32,000 bases of DNA, taken from the NCBI RefSeq assembly GCF_001306055.1, contig NZ_LGHJ01000010.1, positions 120,001-152,000 on the forward strand, read 5' to 3'. The notes under the pieces were generated by a model. It made no database searches. It was not told the DNA's origin and saw only the letters and a list, made by a program, of their open reading frames with translations. The translations under genes and the position numbers were made by a program. The DNA is from Bellilinea caldifistulae (lineage in GTDB: Bacteria > Chloroflexota > Anaerolineae > Anaerolineales > Anaerolineaceae). Positions 8,346-16,734 of this stretch are shown here, piece by piece. Numbering within the stretch: position 1 is the first letter of the stretch; every line of letters starts with the position of its first letter.

Positions 8346-9196
8346 TCCCTCAACAGTTGATCAAGGAGTGTATTCAGTTCTTCGTTGGAGTAGTAGTGAA
8401 TGATCAATTTCCCGCCCTTTTTACCATGCTGCAGGGTAACTCGTGTTCCCAACTGCTGGCGGAGTTTCTCTTCCAGGGAGCGGATTTCGGGCAAGGTTTC
8501 CGCTGGAGCAGGTCGAGTGGGTCTTTCTCCGCCGTATTTGCGAGTCAGTTCTTCCGTTTGACGAACACTCAAACCGCGCTCGATGATCATTTGCAGGACA
8601 GCAATTTGAGCCTGCGAGGTGGGTAATTGCAGAAGAGCTCGTGCATGACCTTCGCTGATCGAGCCGTTGGCCAGCGCCTTTTGCACCGATTCGGGCAGTT
8701 TGAGCAGCCGCAGGGTGTTGGTTACCGCAACCCGGCTTTTTCCAACCCGCTCGGCAATCTCTTCGTGAGAAAGCCCAAACTCGTCTGCCAGACGCTGATA
8801 AGCCTGTGCGGTTTCCAGCGGCCCCAAATCCGTGCGTTGCAGGTTCTCGATTAACGCCAGTTCCAGTCGCTGCTGTTCACTGGCCAGCCGGACAATTGCC
8901 GGAACGCTTTCCAGTCCTGCAAGGCGAGCGGCCCGCAGACGGCGTTCTCCGGCGATCAGGGAGTACTGGCCGCTGAACGGATCGCGGGTTACGATGAGCG
9001 GCTGTAAAATGCCGTGCTGACGGATGGAATCAGCCAGTTCTTCGAGATGCTGGTTTTCGACTTCGTGGCGGGGTTGGTATGGGTTAGCGCTGATTGCCTC
9101 GATGGGAATTTGCTGGATATTTCCCTCACCGGCAGGGGGCTGATTGCCGGGGATTAACGCATCCAAACCTTTTCCCAAACCACTTTTGCGCGTCAT
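8342..9196 (-). CDS. parB: ParB/Spo0J chromosome-partitioning protein
   Basis: GLGKGLDALI at the N-terminus, ParB box LIAGERRLRAARLAG, and HTH LSHEEIAERVGKSRVAVTNTLRLL. ATGA overlap with parA. Confidence 0.93.
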   Translation of the reverse strand: MTRKSGLGKGLDALIPGNQPPAGEGNIQQIPIEAISANPYQPRHEVENQHLEELADSIRQHGILQPLIVTRDPFSGQYSLIAGERRLRAARLAGLESVPAIVRLASEQQRLELALIENLQRTDLGPLETAQAYQRLADEFGLSHEEIAERVGKSRVAVTNTLRLLKLPESVQKALANGSISEGHARALLQLPTSQAQIAVLQMIIERGLSVRQTEELTRKYGGERPTRPAPAETLPEIRSLEEKLRQQLGTRVTLQHGKKGGKLIIHYYSNEELNTLLDQLLRD

Positions 9197-10002
9197 ACCT
9201 GATCCTGTTTGACAAATTCTGGAATGAACACGCCATCACCGGCTAACAATTCACGGGTGAGTTGGGCGTAAGAACGGGCGGCAGTTGAGTCAGGGGCGAA
9301 GATGGAAATGGGTAAACCGTAGGAGGGGGCTTCAGCCAGCCGAATGCTGCGTGGAATGACCGTTTGAAAGACCTTATCCGGAAAATATTTACGAACCTCA
9401 TTCACCACATCAATTGCCAGACGCGTGCGCCCATCATACATGGTCAGAATCACCCCTCGAATGGTCAATTCAGGGAAGAGCGAAGTTTGCACCCGCTGGA
9501 TGGTTTGGGTTAATTGTCCGAGGCCCTCCAGAGCGAGGTATTCGCATTGAACCGGTATGATTACTCCCTGGCGGGCAGCCATCAGCCCATTGATGGTTAG
9601 CAGGCTCAGCGAGGGGGGGCAGTCAATCAAAATATAGTCATAACGATCCATTGCGGGGGTAAGTACTTCCAGGAGGCGGCGTTCGCGGTTCGGAAGTTGA
9701 ATCAGCTCCACTTCTGCGCCAGCCAGAGCTGGTGAAGATGGCAGGATGGAAAGCCGAAAACGCGGATTGTGCAGAATGTGCGGCCCAATCGGCTGATTGC
9801 CCATCAGCACTTCATAAGTGCCGTTGCGAACGCTGCGTTTGTCAATTCCCAGGGAAGACGTGGCATTTGCCTGGGGATCAAGGTCAATCAGTAAAACTTT
9901 CTGTCCGAAATAACCCAAAAAGGCTGCCAGCGAAATTGCCGAAGTCGTCTTGCCGACACCACCTTTTTGATTGACAAAAGTATAAATCTTAGCCATTGTC
10001 AT
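9193..10002 (-). CDS. parA: ParA/Soj partitioning ATPase
   Basis: Deviant Walker A is NQKGGVGKTT. Other family motifs are LLIDLDPQANAT and DYILIDCPPSL. The start lies 3 nt after the upstream stop. Confidence 0.95.
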   Translation of the reverse strand: MTMAKIYTFVNQKGGVGKTTSAISLAAFLGYFGQKVLLIDLDPQANATSSLGIDKRSVRNGTYEVLMGNQPIGPHILHNPRFRLSILPSSPALAGAEVELIQLPNRERRLLEVLTPAMDRYDYILIDCPPSLSLLTINGLMAARQGVIIPVQCEYLALEGLGQLTQTIQRVQTSLFPELTIRGVILTMYDGRTRLAIDVVNEVRKYFPDKVFQTVIPRSIRLAEAPSYGLPISIFAPDSTAARSYAQLTRELLAGDGVFIPEFVKQDQV

Positions 10003-10005
10003 TTC

Positions 10006-10854
10006 TCAGGGTAGGATTTCAACGGAATTAAGTTTTACTTCCTCCGGGGTGGGAATTGACTTCAGACCGGAGCGAGTTACAGAAGCCGCAGCCAGTTGAG
10101 TGGCAAAGCGGGCGGCTTCCCATGGATCACGGGTTTGGTAAAGTCGGACAAAGAAAGCTGCGGCAAAAATATCACCGGCGCCGGTTGGGTCAATTTCTGC
10201 AGTAATCGGAGCGCGAAAATAACGCACATCACCGTTCCAGTAAATCCGGGCGCCGCTGGCTCCTTCGGTTATGGCGAGGACGCGGATGGAAGAAACCATC
10301 TCTTCGATCAGGTCTTCACTGCTCTGCACATCTTCGATGCTCAAAACTGCCGCGTTGGCGGTTTCCAGAACATAGCGGGCTTCTGGCCATTCGGTGAATG
10401 TAACCCGGTTGTCGGGAGTTGCTGCCCGTAACCATCCCTGGGGAGTAACCCCCACAAACGAATTGGGGAATGCTCGTGCCAGTTTGGGGTCAACTTCCTG
10501 CAGCACCGGTCCGAGATGTACGATGGGGGTGTTCCGCCAAACCTCCGGCACCATGCTCAAATCGAGGGTGGTGGCGGGGTGAAACACACGCTGAATTCTT
10601 CCGGCTGGGGTTTGGATATTTTCAAAGGTAGTGGTTGTATCGCCGTAACGGATTGCCAGTGCCAGATCGTTGAGCTCAAAAAGGGGCAAATCGGGATCGC
10701 AAGCGGTTACAACGCCTACTCTTAACCCCAACGCACGGGCGGTCAGGCCGGAATAGGCGGCGGTTCCACCTAAACGCGGGCCATCGGGGGTCAAATCGCG
10801 GGTAACGTGCCCGATTACCAGATAATCAACAGGTTGCAGTGGATAAATTTGCAT
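10006..10854 (-). CDS. PfkB-family (ribokinase-like) carbohydrate kinase
   Basis: C-terminal signature is DPTGAGDIFAAAF and the N-terminus reads VIGHVTRD...GGTAAY. The ORF-track start at 10878 is a TTG. The ATG at 10854 (MQIYPLQ) is preferred (see the leaderless finding). Confidence 0.85.
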   Translation of the reverse strand: MQIYPLQPVDYLVIGHVTRDLTPDGPRLGGTAAYSGLTARALGLRVGVVTACDPDLPLFELNDLALAIRYGDTTTTFENIQTPAGRIQRVFHPATTLDLSMVPEVWRNTPIVHLGPVLQEVDPKLARAFPNSFVGVTPQGWLRAATPDNRVTFTEWPEARYVLETANAAVLSIEDVQSSEDLIEEMVSSIRVLAITEGASGARIYWNGDVRYFRAPITAEIDPTGAGDIFAAAFFVRLYQTRDPWEAARFATQLAAASVTRSGLKSIPTPEEVKLNSVEILP

Positions 10855-10860
10855 AATCAA

Positions 10861-10866
10861 ATTATA
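10861..10866 (-). promoter_or_regulatory. TATAAT box 6 nt upstream of the PfkB ATG (possible leaderless transcript start)
   Basis: The reverse complement of 10852-10866 reads TATAAT-ttgatt-ATG. I found no convincing -35. Confidence 0.3.
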
Positions 10867-10924
10867 CCTTGACCCCAATAAAACATTTCCGTAGCGGGGG
10901 TATCAACCCCATACACCAGCGGGA

Positions 10925-11509
10925 TTATTCATTATCTTTAGGAAAATCCACATCCTCCGGAACAGTATTTGGAAAGGTGGTGCTTCTTGTAGGGGCGGGT
11001 GTCGCCGCGCGGTTTTCCTCTTCTTCCAAAGGCAGATTTTGGAGTGCATCCTCGATGCTGATTGCTTCGCGGCGCATCCCCGGTGCAGGTGTGCCGCAAT
11101 AGGGGCATAAATTCCATGGCAGTTCCATGAGTCTGCCGCAGTGGTGACAGATTTTTTTCAGGCGGGTGTGGCAATTCGGGCAGATTTGCCAGTCGGGCTG
11201 AATGCGGCGGGTACAACCGGGGCAGAGAGGGGTGTCTTCAATATTTTGGAGTAAGGCTTCCTCTTCCAGGGTTCGTTGATACTCTTCTTCGAGGGTGCGG
11301 GGAGGACGCAGGATTAAATAAATGAGGATTCCGGGCAGGAACAATGCCGCAACTACCAGCAATGCCAGAATACGGAGGAGGGGGTCACGGCTGCGGCTGC
11401 GAATATCCCGGTAAGTCCAGAGAATCAGACTGAGCCAGAGAGCGGCTAAAAAAGCAGCGCTAAATGCGGCGGCAACAAGAGCAAGATTCCCAAGCGTAGC
11501 AGTATCCAT
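10925..11509 (-). CDS. Membrane protein with an N-terminal TM hairpin and a C-terminal double zinc-ribbon
   Basis: Two hydrophobic helices flank WTYRDIRSRSRD. There are four CxxC pairs (CPGC, CPNC, CHHC, CPYC). A GGAG RBS is present. Confidence 0.7.
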   Translation of the reverse strand: MDTATLGNLALVAAAFSAAFLAALWLSLILWTYRDIRSRSRDPLLRILALLVVAALFLPGILIYLILRPPRTLEEEYQRTLEEEALLQNIEDTPLCPGCTRRIQPDWQICPNCHTRLKKICHHCGRLMELPWNLCPYCGTPAPGMRREAISIEDALQNLPLEEEENRAATPAPTRSTTFPNTVPEDVDFPKDNE

Positions 11510-11530
11510 AGGGTGAACTCCAATGAAAAA

Positions 11531-11539
11531 ATTATAGCA
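11531..11539 (-). promoter_or_regulatory. Extended -10 element TGCTATAAT for the Zn-ribbon gene
   Basis: The reverse complement of 11531-11539 is TGCTATAAT, about 22 nt upstream of the ATG, with GGAG in between. It is the same 9-mer as at 2076-2084. Confidence 0.45.
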
Positions 11540-11569
11540 CGGGAGCGGTTTAATCCCCGGCGGTTCGGC

Positions 11570-11598
11570 TTGCCGGATTTCTCCGTCTCGGCTATAGT
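11570..11598 (+). promoter_or_regulatory. Sigma-70-like promoter for radC (TTGCCG - 17 nt - TATAGT)
   Basis: The -35 is at 11570-11575 and the -10 at 11593-11598, with an exact 17-nt spacer. It lies about 38 nt upstream of the radC ATG, which has a GGAGGG RBS. Confidence 0.5.
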
Positions 11599-11636
11599 AT
11601 TTTGCAAAACTCAGGATTAAATTTTGCGGAGGGAAG

Positions 11637-12371
11637 ATGACCGGCCAGCGCAGTAAAAATACCCGCGAGCAGATGGTTTATTATCGGATTACCGATTGGG
11701 AAGCCAGTGAACGGCCGCGTGAACGGCTGGCTGAGATTGGCGCTCAGGCCTTGAGTACGGCGGAACTGCTGGCCATCCTGCTGCGCACCGGTCTTCCGGG
11801 GGAAAATGCGGTTCAGTTGGGGCAGCGCCTTTTGAACACCTTTGGTGGGTTGAGGGGGCTTCACCGTGCCAGCTTCAGTGAGGTGTGTGCTCAACATGGG
11901 GTGGGGGAGGCAAAAGCTGCTCAAATCAAAGCGGCGATTGAATTGGGAAAAAGGCTACGGGATGATGATGGCGAAGATGATCGTCGCGCCATTCACTCTC
12001 CCGCGGATGCGGCGGATCTGGTGATGTACGAAATGGCCGGACTGGTTCAGGAAAATTTATGGGTTATTCTGACCGATACGCGCAATCGGGTGATGAGTAT
12101 TGAAAAACTGTATCAGGGTTCCTTGAATGCCTCCACAGTGCGGGTAGCCGAGTTATTTCGTGCGGCGATCATTCGTACTGCGGCGAGTATTCTGGTTGTG
12201 CATAACCATCCCAGCGGAGACCCAACTCCCAGCCCGGAGGACATTGCTTTGACGCGGGCAGTGGTTCAGGCCGGAAGATTGCTGGACATTCAGGTTCTGG
12301 ATCATCTGGTGATTGGCAGAGGCCGATTTGTATCCCTCAAAGAGCGGGGGCTGGGTTTTGACGGGCTGTGA
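11637..12371 (+). CDS. radC: RadC-family JAB/MPN-domain protein (UPF0758)
   Basis: The N-terminal HhH-like region reads [27 protein letters not shown]. The JAMM motif is [22 protein letters not shown]. Confidence 0.9.
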   Translation: MTGQRSKNTREQMVYYRITDWEASERPRERLAEIGAQALSTAELLAILLRTGLPGENAVQLGQRLLNTFGGLRGLHRASFSEVCAQHGVGEAKAAQIKAAIELGKRLRDDDGEDDRRAIHSPADAADLVMYEMAGLVQENLWVILTDTRNRVMSIEKLYQGSLNASTVRVAELFRAAIIRTAASILVVHNHPSGDPTPSPEDIALTRAVVQAGRLLDIQVLDHLVIGRGRFVSLKERGLGFDGL

Positions 12372-12401
12372 GGTGTGGCTAGAGGTTTTCAAAAATCCAA
12401 C

Positions 12402-12430
12402 TTGACAGACTGAAGGCTTGCGGGTAGAAT
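12402..12430 (+). promoter_or_regulatory. Near-consensus sigma-70 promoter for the tRNA-Ala pair (TTGACA - 17 nt - TAGAAT)
   Basis: The -35 TTGACA is at 12402-12407 and the -10 TAGAAT at 12425-12430. It lies 20 nt upstream of the first tRNA. Confidence 0.6.
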
Positions 12431-12450
12431 TCGAACACCCTCGATAAAAG

Positions 12451-12523
12451 GGGCCTGTAGCGCAGTTGGGAGCGCGCTTCAATCGCACTGAAGAGGTCAG
12501 GGGTTCGAATCCCCTCAGGTCCA
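12451..12523 (+). tRNA. tRNA-Ala (anticodon CGC)
   Basis: Folded by hand into a 73-nt cloverleaf. Acceptor stem is GGGCCUG/CAGGUCC with the G3:U70 alanine identity pair. Anticodon stem is CUUCA/UGAAG with loop AUCGCAC, T-loop is UUCGAAU and the discriminator is A. No CCA is encoded. Confidence 0.95.
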
Positions 12524-12584
12524 CTGGGGCGGGTTCCCCAAGCAAACAGGTCGGTTTTCCTTAACAACCAAAACATTTTTTCAC

Positions 12585-12657
12585 GGGCCCATAGCGCAGT
12601 TGGGAGCGCGTCTCAATGGCATTGAGAAGGCCGGGGGTTCGAATCCCCCTGGGTCCA
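12585..12657 (+). tRNA. tRNA-Ala (anticodon GGC)
   Basis: A 73-nt cloverleaf. Acceptor stem is GGGCCCA/UGGGUCC with G3:U70. Anticodon stem is UCUCA/UGAGA with loop AUGGCAU, and the T-loop is UUCGAAU. Confidence 0.95.
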
Positions 12658-12663
12658 CTCAAG

Positions 12664-12699
12664 AAACGAGTTGTTGCAATGGGGCACGGCTCGTTTTTT
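12664..12699 (+). terminator. Weak hairpin plus T-run after the tRNA pair
   Basis: AAACGAG (12664-12670) pairs with CTCGTTT (12690-12696) and is followed by TTT. The 19-nt loop makes this a mediocre intrinsic terminator. Confidence 0.35.
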
Positions 12700-12703
12700 G
12701 AAA

Positions 12704-12960
12704 GGCCATGGCAGGAGTAGTAAGTCATCCGCCAGCGAGTCGGGAGAAAGAGGTGTGAGCCCGGCAAAGCGCCTGCGGAGCGCGTGAGGCTGAACTCGCC
12801 TGTCGGCTCGATATGAGCAGGCCGCAACGGTGAAATTGGAGTAGTCGTTGCCGGGTTCGCCCGTTAGCGCGTTCTGAGTGGCCGGGAAATTTTCTTTCCG
12901 GGCAATCAGGGTGGTACCGCGGAGCAACCCTTCGTCCCTGTTTGGATGAAGGGATTTTTG
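12704..12960 (+). promoter_or_regulatory. T-box riboswitch leader, leucine-specific (specifier CUC), transcription-attenuation type, controlling leuS
   Basis: Stem I elements are present: AGUAGUAAG, an AGCGA bulge and a GGUGUGAGC distal loop. Stem I base GGCAGG (12710-12715) pairs with CCUGUC. The specifier loop reads UGAA-CUC-G (CUC at 12795-12797). The T-box motif AAUCAGGGUGGUACCGCGG is at 12904-12922, with UGGU to pair with ACCA. The terminator CCCTTCGTCC/GGATGAAGGG (12928-12953) is followed by ATTTTT. Confidence 0.85.
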
Positions 12961-12984
12961 CTTAATCATTTAGAGGAGAGAGGT

Positions 12985-15762
12985 ATGAACTCATCACCGA
13001 TACCGGCGTACAATCCGGGAGAAATTGAAAGTAAATGGCAGCAACGTTGGGAGCAGGATGGACTGTATCATTCCGATATTGACCCTTCCAAACCAAAACA
13101 CTACGCCCTGACCATGCTTCCTTATCCTTCCGGCGATTTGCACATCGGTCACTGGTACGCGATGACCCCGTCCGATGCGCGGGCGCGCTTTATGCGCATG
13201 CAGGGGTATAACGTGCTCTTTCCAATCGGGTTCGATGCTTTCGGGTTGCCGGCTGAAAATGCGGCTATCCAGCGCAACATTCACCCCAAAGTGTGGACGT
13301 ATCGCAATATTGAGAACATGCGCCGTCAACTGCGGAGCATGGGGGCAATGTTCGACTGGCGGCGTGAAGCGATCAGTTCAGACCCGGAGTATTACCGCTG
13401 GACCCAGTGGTTCTTCTTGAAATTGTATCAACACGGGCTGGCTTATCGAAAAATGTCACCGGTGGATTGGTGTCCACACTGCAACACCACCCTGGCGCGG
13501 GAGCAAGTGTGGGGAGAAGACCGCCACTGCGAACGCTGTGGCACTCCGGTTATCAAGAAAAATCTGGAACAGTGGTTCTTCAAGACCACCGAATATGCCG
13601 AGGAATTGCTGCGTTACGATGGGATTGATTGGCCGGAGCGGGTGCGCACCCTGCAAACTAACTGGATTGGGCGCTCCGAGGGAGCAGCGGTTTACTTCAC
13701 CACTCAGGATGGCGACTTGCTGGAAGTGTTTACAACCCGGCCGGATACGCTGTGGGGAGCAACCTTCATGGTGCTGGCTCCGGAACATCCCCTGGTGGAA
13801 AAACTGACCTCGGATGAACAGCGAGCTGCGGTTGAGGCGTATGTTCAACAAACCTTGCGTCAGTCGGATATCCAACGCGAGGCGGCCGATAAGGAGAAAA
13901 CCGGTGTATTCACCGGTGGCTTTGCCATCAACCCGGTCAATGGGCGGCGGATTCCGGTCTGGATTGCCGATTATGTGTTGATGACTTACGGTACCGGGGC
14001 AATTATGGCCGTTCCGGCGCACGATGAACGCGATTTTGCATTTGCTTTGAAATACGGTTTACCCATTTTGCCAGTGATTGCCCGGCCGGATGGTCTGGCA
14101 AAATCTTTTGCGCCGGCTGGTTCGATGAGGGCCGGATTTACCGAGGCACTGAGCCATGCGGGGATTGCCTTTGAGCAGAATGAGAGCGGGGTCTTTGTGA
14201 CCTTGAACTCTGCGCAGATCGAGTCCTACCTGAACATTGCCAAAGAACATCTGAACAGCGGTTATTGGAACGAAATTGTCGGCTCGCGCTGGGTGTTCAT
14301 CTTTGAAAATGGACTGTGGGAGTGGGAATCGCCGGAGGCCGAGACGCGCATACTGGCGCGCTGCAAGGAATTGCAGCCGGCCGTTCGCCCGGCGCGTACC
14401 TTGATGGAGATGCTGTGGAATATTGAATTCTACCGGGATGTGCTGTTCCATGCTGAATACGGGATGATGATCAATTCGGCTGAGTTCAGCGGCACTCCCG
14501 GCGAGCGCGCCAAAGCGGAAGTGACCCGGTGGCTGGAGCAAACCGGCAAGGGAAAATATGCGGTGAATTACCGACTGCGGGATTGGCTGATCTCCCGCCA
14601 GCGTTACTGGGGCGCGCCAATTCCCATCATCTACTGTCCGACTTGCGGCACTGTGCCGGTGCCGGAAGATCAACTGCCGGTGCTGCTGCCAGAAGATGTG
14701 GAGTGGAAACCGACCGGTGAAAGTCCTTTGAAACTGCATCCAAGCTGGCGAAAAACCACCTGCCCGCAATGCGGCGGCGAAGCCGAACGCGAAACGGATA
14801 CCATGGACACTTTCATGTGTTCCTCGTGGTACCACCTGCGTTATCTCAGCCCGTGGTACCACGAAGGTCCGTTTGACCCCAAAGAGTACGACTACTGGAT
14901 GCCGGTGGATACCTACACTGGCGGCATTGAACATGCTACCATGCACCTGATTTATACGCGCTTTTTCCACAAAGCCTGCCGTGATATGGGCATAACCAAA
15001 GGCGATGAGCCCATGCTGCAGTTGCGTAATCAGGGGATGGTGCTGGGCGAAGATTCCGAAAAGATGTCAAAAAGCCGCGGAAATGTGGTTTCGCCGGACA
15101 ATCTGGTGGCGGCATACGGAGCTGATACCGTGCGCGCCTACCTGATGTTCTTTGCCCGCTGGGATCAAGGCGGTCCGTGGAGCAGCGGCGGAATTGAAGG
15201 CACCAGCCGCTGGCTGCGAAGGCTCTGGTCCGTGGTGCTGGAACCGGTTGCCTCCAGGTCGGTTGATGAAAGCGTAATCCGTAACCTGCGCCGCAAGGTG
15301 CATCAAACTCTGCGGGCGGTCACGCGTGATTTCCGCGAATTTGAATTCAACACCATTGTCTCGGCATTGATGGAACTGCTCAATGAAATGAGCAAAGCCA
15401 AGCAGGCCGGGGCGTTTGGCACGCCGGCATGGGAAGAAGCCGTGGATATTTACCTGCGGATGCTGGCGCCGGTCGCTCCCCACATCAGCGAGGAATTGTG
15501 GGAGAAATTGGGAAAACCCTACTCGGTTCATACTCAACCCTGGCCAGTCGTGGATGAAGAAGCGGCTCGCGAGGAGGAAATCACGCTGGTGGTGCAGGTA
15601 AATGGGAAAGTGCGTGACCGGATTCAGGTACCGGTGAACATTTCCGAAGAAGAAGCCAAAGCCAAAGCACTGGCCACCGAGGGCGTTCAACGCCATCTGG
15701 AAGGGCGTAGCCCACGCCAGATCATTTATGTTCGCGGCCGGCTGGTCAACATCGTCATTTGA
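12985..15762 (+). CDS. leuS: Leucyl-tRNA synthetase
   Basis: HIGH motif (GDLHIGHWY), KMSKS (EKMSKSRGN) and the CP1 editing-domain motif TTRPDTLWGATFMVLAPEHPL are all present. The true start is taken as ATG 12985 (MNSSPIPAYNPGEIE), preceded by the GAGGAGAGAGG RBS. The ORF-track start at 12946 lies inside the T-box terminator stem. Confidence 0.97.
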   Translation: MNSSPIPAYNPGEIESKWQQRWEQDGLYHSDIDPSKPKHYALTMLPYPSGDLHIGHWYAMTPSDARARFMRMQGYNVLFPIGFDAFGLPAENAAIQRNIHPKVWTYRNIENMRRQLRSMGAMFDWRREAISSDPEYYRWTQWFFLKLYQHGLAYRKMSPVDWCPHCNTTLAREQVWGEDRHCERCGTPVIKKNLEQWFFKTTEYAEELLRYDGIDWPERVRTLQTNWIGRSEGAAVYFTTQDGDLLEVFTTRPDTLWGATFMVLAPEHPLVEKLTSDEQRAAVEAYVQQTLRQSDIQREAADKEKTGVFTGGFAINPVNGRRIPVWIADYVLMTYGTGAIMAVPAHDERDFAFALKYGLPILPVIARPDGLAKSFAPAGSMRAGFTEALSHAGIAFEQNESGVFVTLNSAQIESYLNIAKEHLNSGYWNEIVGSRWVFIFENGLWEWESPEAETRILARCKELQPAVRPARTLMEMLWNIEFYRDVLFHAEYGMMINSAEFSGTPGERAKAEVTRWLEQTGKGKYAVNYRLRDWLISRQRYWGAPIPIIYCPTCGTVPVPEDQLPVLLPEDVEWKPTGESPLKLHPSWRKTTCPQCGGEAERETDTMDTFMCSSWYHLRYLSPWYHEGPFDPKEYDYWMPVDTYTGGIEHATMHLIYTRFFHKACRDMGITKGDEPMLQLRNQGMVLGEDSEKMSKSRGNVVSPDNLVAAYGADTVRAYLMFFARWDQGGPWSSGGIEGTSRWLRRLWSVVLEPVASRSVDESVIRNLRRKVHQTLRAVTRDFREFEFNTIVSALMELLNEMSKAKQAGAFGTPAWEEAVDIYLRMLAPVAPHISEELWEKLGKPYSVHTQPWPVVDEEAAREEEITLVVQVNGKVRDRIQVPVNISEEEAKAKALATEGVQRHLEGRSPRQIIYVRGRLVNIVI

Positions 15763-15798
15763 TTTTATCGGCCGAAGGAGGAGAAGCCTTTTTATCTG

Positions 15799-15836
15799 GC
15801 GGCAGCGAGGCGTCCGGCTTCGCTGCCGCGTTTAAT
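15799..15836 (+). terminator. Hairpin downstream of leuS
   Basis: GCGGCAGCGA ... TCGCTGCCGC forms a GC-rich stem (15799-15829) followed by GTTTAAT. The T-tract is short, so termination strength is uncertain. Confidence 0.45.
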
Positions 15837-15894
15837 GCGATTTAGTTAAAAAAACAGTATACTCAGAGAGTCATTGCCGGCTCAAGGAGGTAAT

Positions 15895-16578
15895 ATGCGG
15901 CTGGAAGATTTGAACTGGATGGATGTAGAAAATTACCTGCAGCAAGATGATCGCCTGATTCTGATTCTTGGTGCCTGCGAACAACATGGTTATCTCAGCC
16001 TGCTGACAGATGTGCGTATCCCGCTGGCACTGGCCGATGCTGCCAGCGAAAGAACGGGGGTGCTGGTGGCGCCGCCTCTCAATTTCGGGGTTTCGCCCTA
16101 TTTTTTGGATTATCCCGGCACGATCAGTCTGCGTTCCAGTACTCTAATTCAGGTGGTTGAGGACATGGTCAGGTCGGTTTACAGGCAAGGCTTCCGCCGC
16201 CTGCTGGTGTTGAATGGGCACGGCGGAAACGATGGGGCGCGTAATGTGCTGGTGGAACTGGCCAATCAACTGCCGGAATTAAGGGTGGCGTGGTACGCCT
16301 GGTGGAAGTCGCACAGTGTTGAGGCTGTGGCAGAAAAGCATGAATTGAAGCCGGCCCATGCCAACTGGCTGGAGGCTTTTTCGTTTGTTCAGGTGGCCGA
16401 TCTCCCCCAAGGCTCCAAAGTCCCGCCGGCTTACCAGGGCTTGCCCAACGCCGAACAAATGCGCCGGTTGTATGGAGATGGTAGTTTTGGCGGGGCTTAT
16501 TCCACCCGGCCGGAAATCATGCAGGAATTGTTCGAAGCAGCCCTCGCGGATATCCTTCTACTCCTGCAATTTGATTGA
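15895..16578 (+). CDS. Creatininase-family amidohydrolase
   Basis: Family motifs are LILGACEQHG, GVSPYFLDYPGTISL and LVLNGHGGN. ATG 15895 follows an AAGGAGG RBS. The ORF-track start at 15874 is a TTG. Confidence 0.85.
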   Translation: MRLEDLNWMDVENYLQQDDRLILILGACEQHGYLSLLTDVRIPLALADAASERTGVLVAPPLNFGVSPYFLDYPGTISLRSSTLIQVVEDMVRSVYRQGFRRLLVLNGHGGNDGARNVLVELANQLPELRVAWYAWWKSHSVEAVAEKHELKPAHANWLEAFSFVQVADLPQGSKVPPAYQGLPNAEQMRRLYGDGSFGGAYSTRPEIMQELFEAALADILLLLQFD

Positions 16579-16734
16579 GGAGAAGTTTGCCCTTTACCCC
16601 AGATTCACTTATGGGATGGTTAACTTCAATCCTGTTAGGGGGTCGTTGCGCAGGGCATTCGACGAGGGTTGAGAGCAACTTACCGCAGGACTGGGGGATT
16701 TTGTAACCTCAAAAATGTTTTCAATATTAAAAAA

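Noticed and set aside
12153-12969. Minus-strand ORFs 12153-12545, 12379-12576, 12561-12827 and 12613-12969
   Set aside because: They run antisense across radC, the two tRNA-Ala genes and the T-box leader. They are explained by these well-supported features.
12946-12984. N-terminal extension MKGFLLNHLEERG of the leuS ORF
   Set aside because: The ATG at 12946 lies in the 3' arm of the T-box terminator helix. The strong RBS precedes ATG 12985, and LeuRS homology begins there.
13456-15696. Long antisense ORFs inside leuS (13456-14022, 14059-14970 of 303 aa, 15067-15696)
   Set aside because: These are antisense frames of a highly conserved gene with Arg/Pro/Gly-rich composition. They are typical stop-poor shadow frames in GC-rich coding DNA.
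16598-16700. Long-range pairing CCCCAG/CTGGGG enclosing TCCTG/CAGGA and GTTGC/GCAAC, followed by GATTTTG, downstream of the creatininase gene
   Set aside because: The helices are short (5-6 bp) and were found by eye only. They could be a complex terminator or chance. This is folded into the 16579-17137 finding and not claimed separately.
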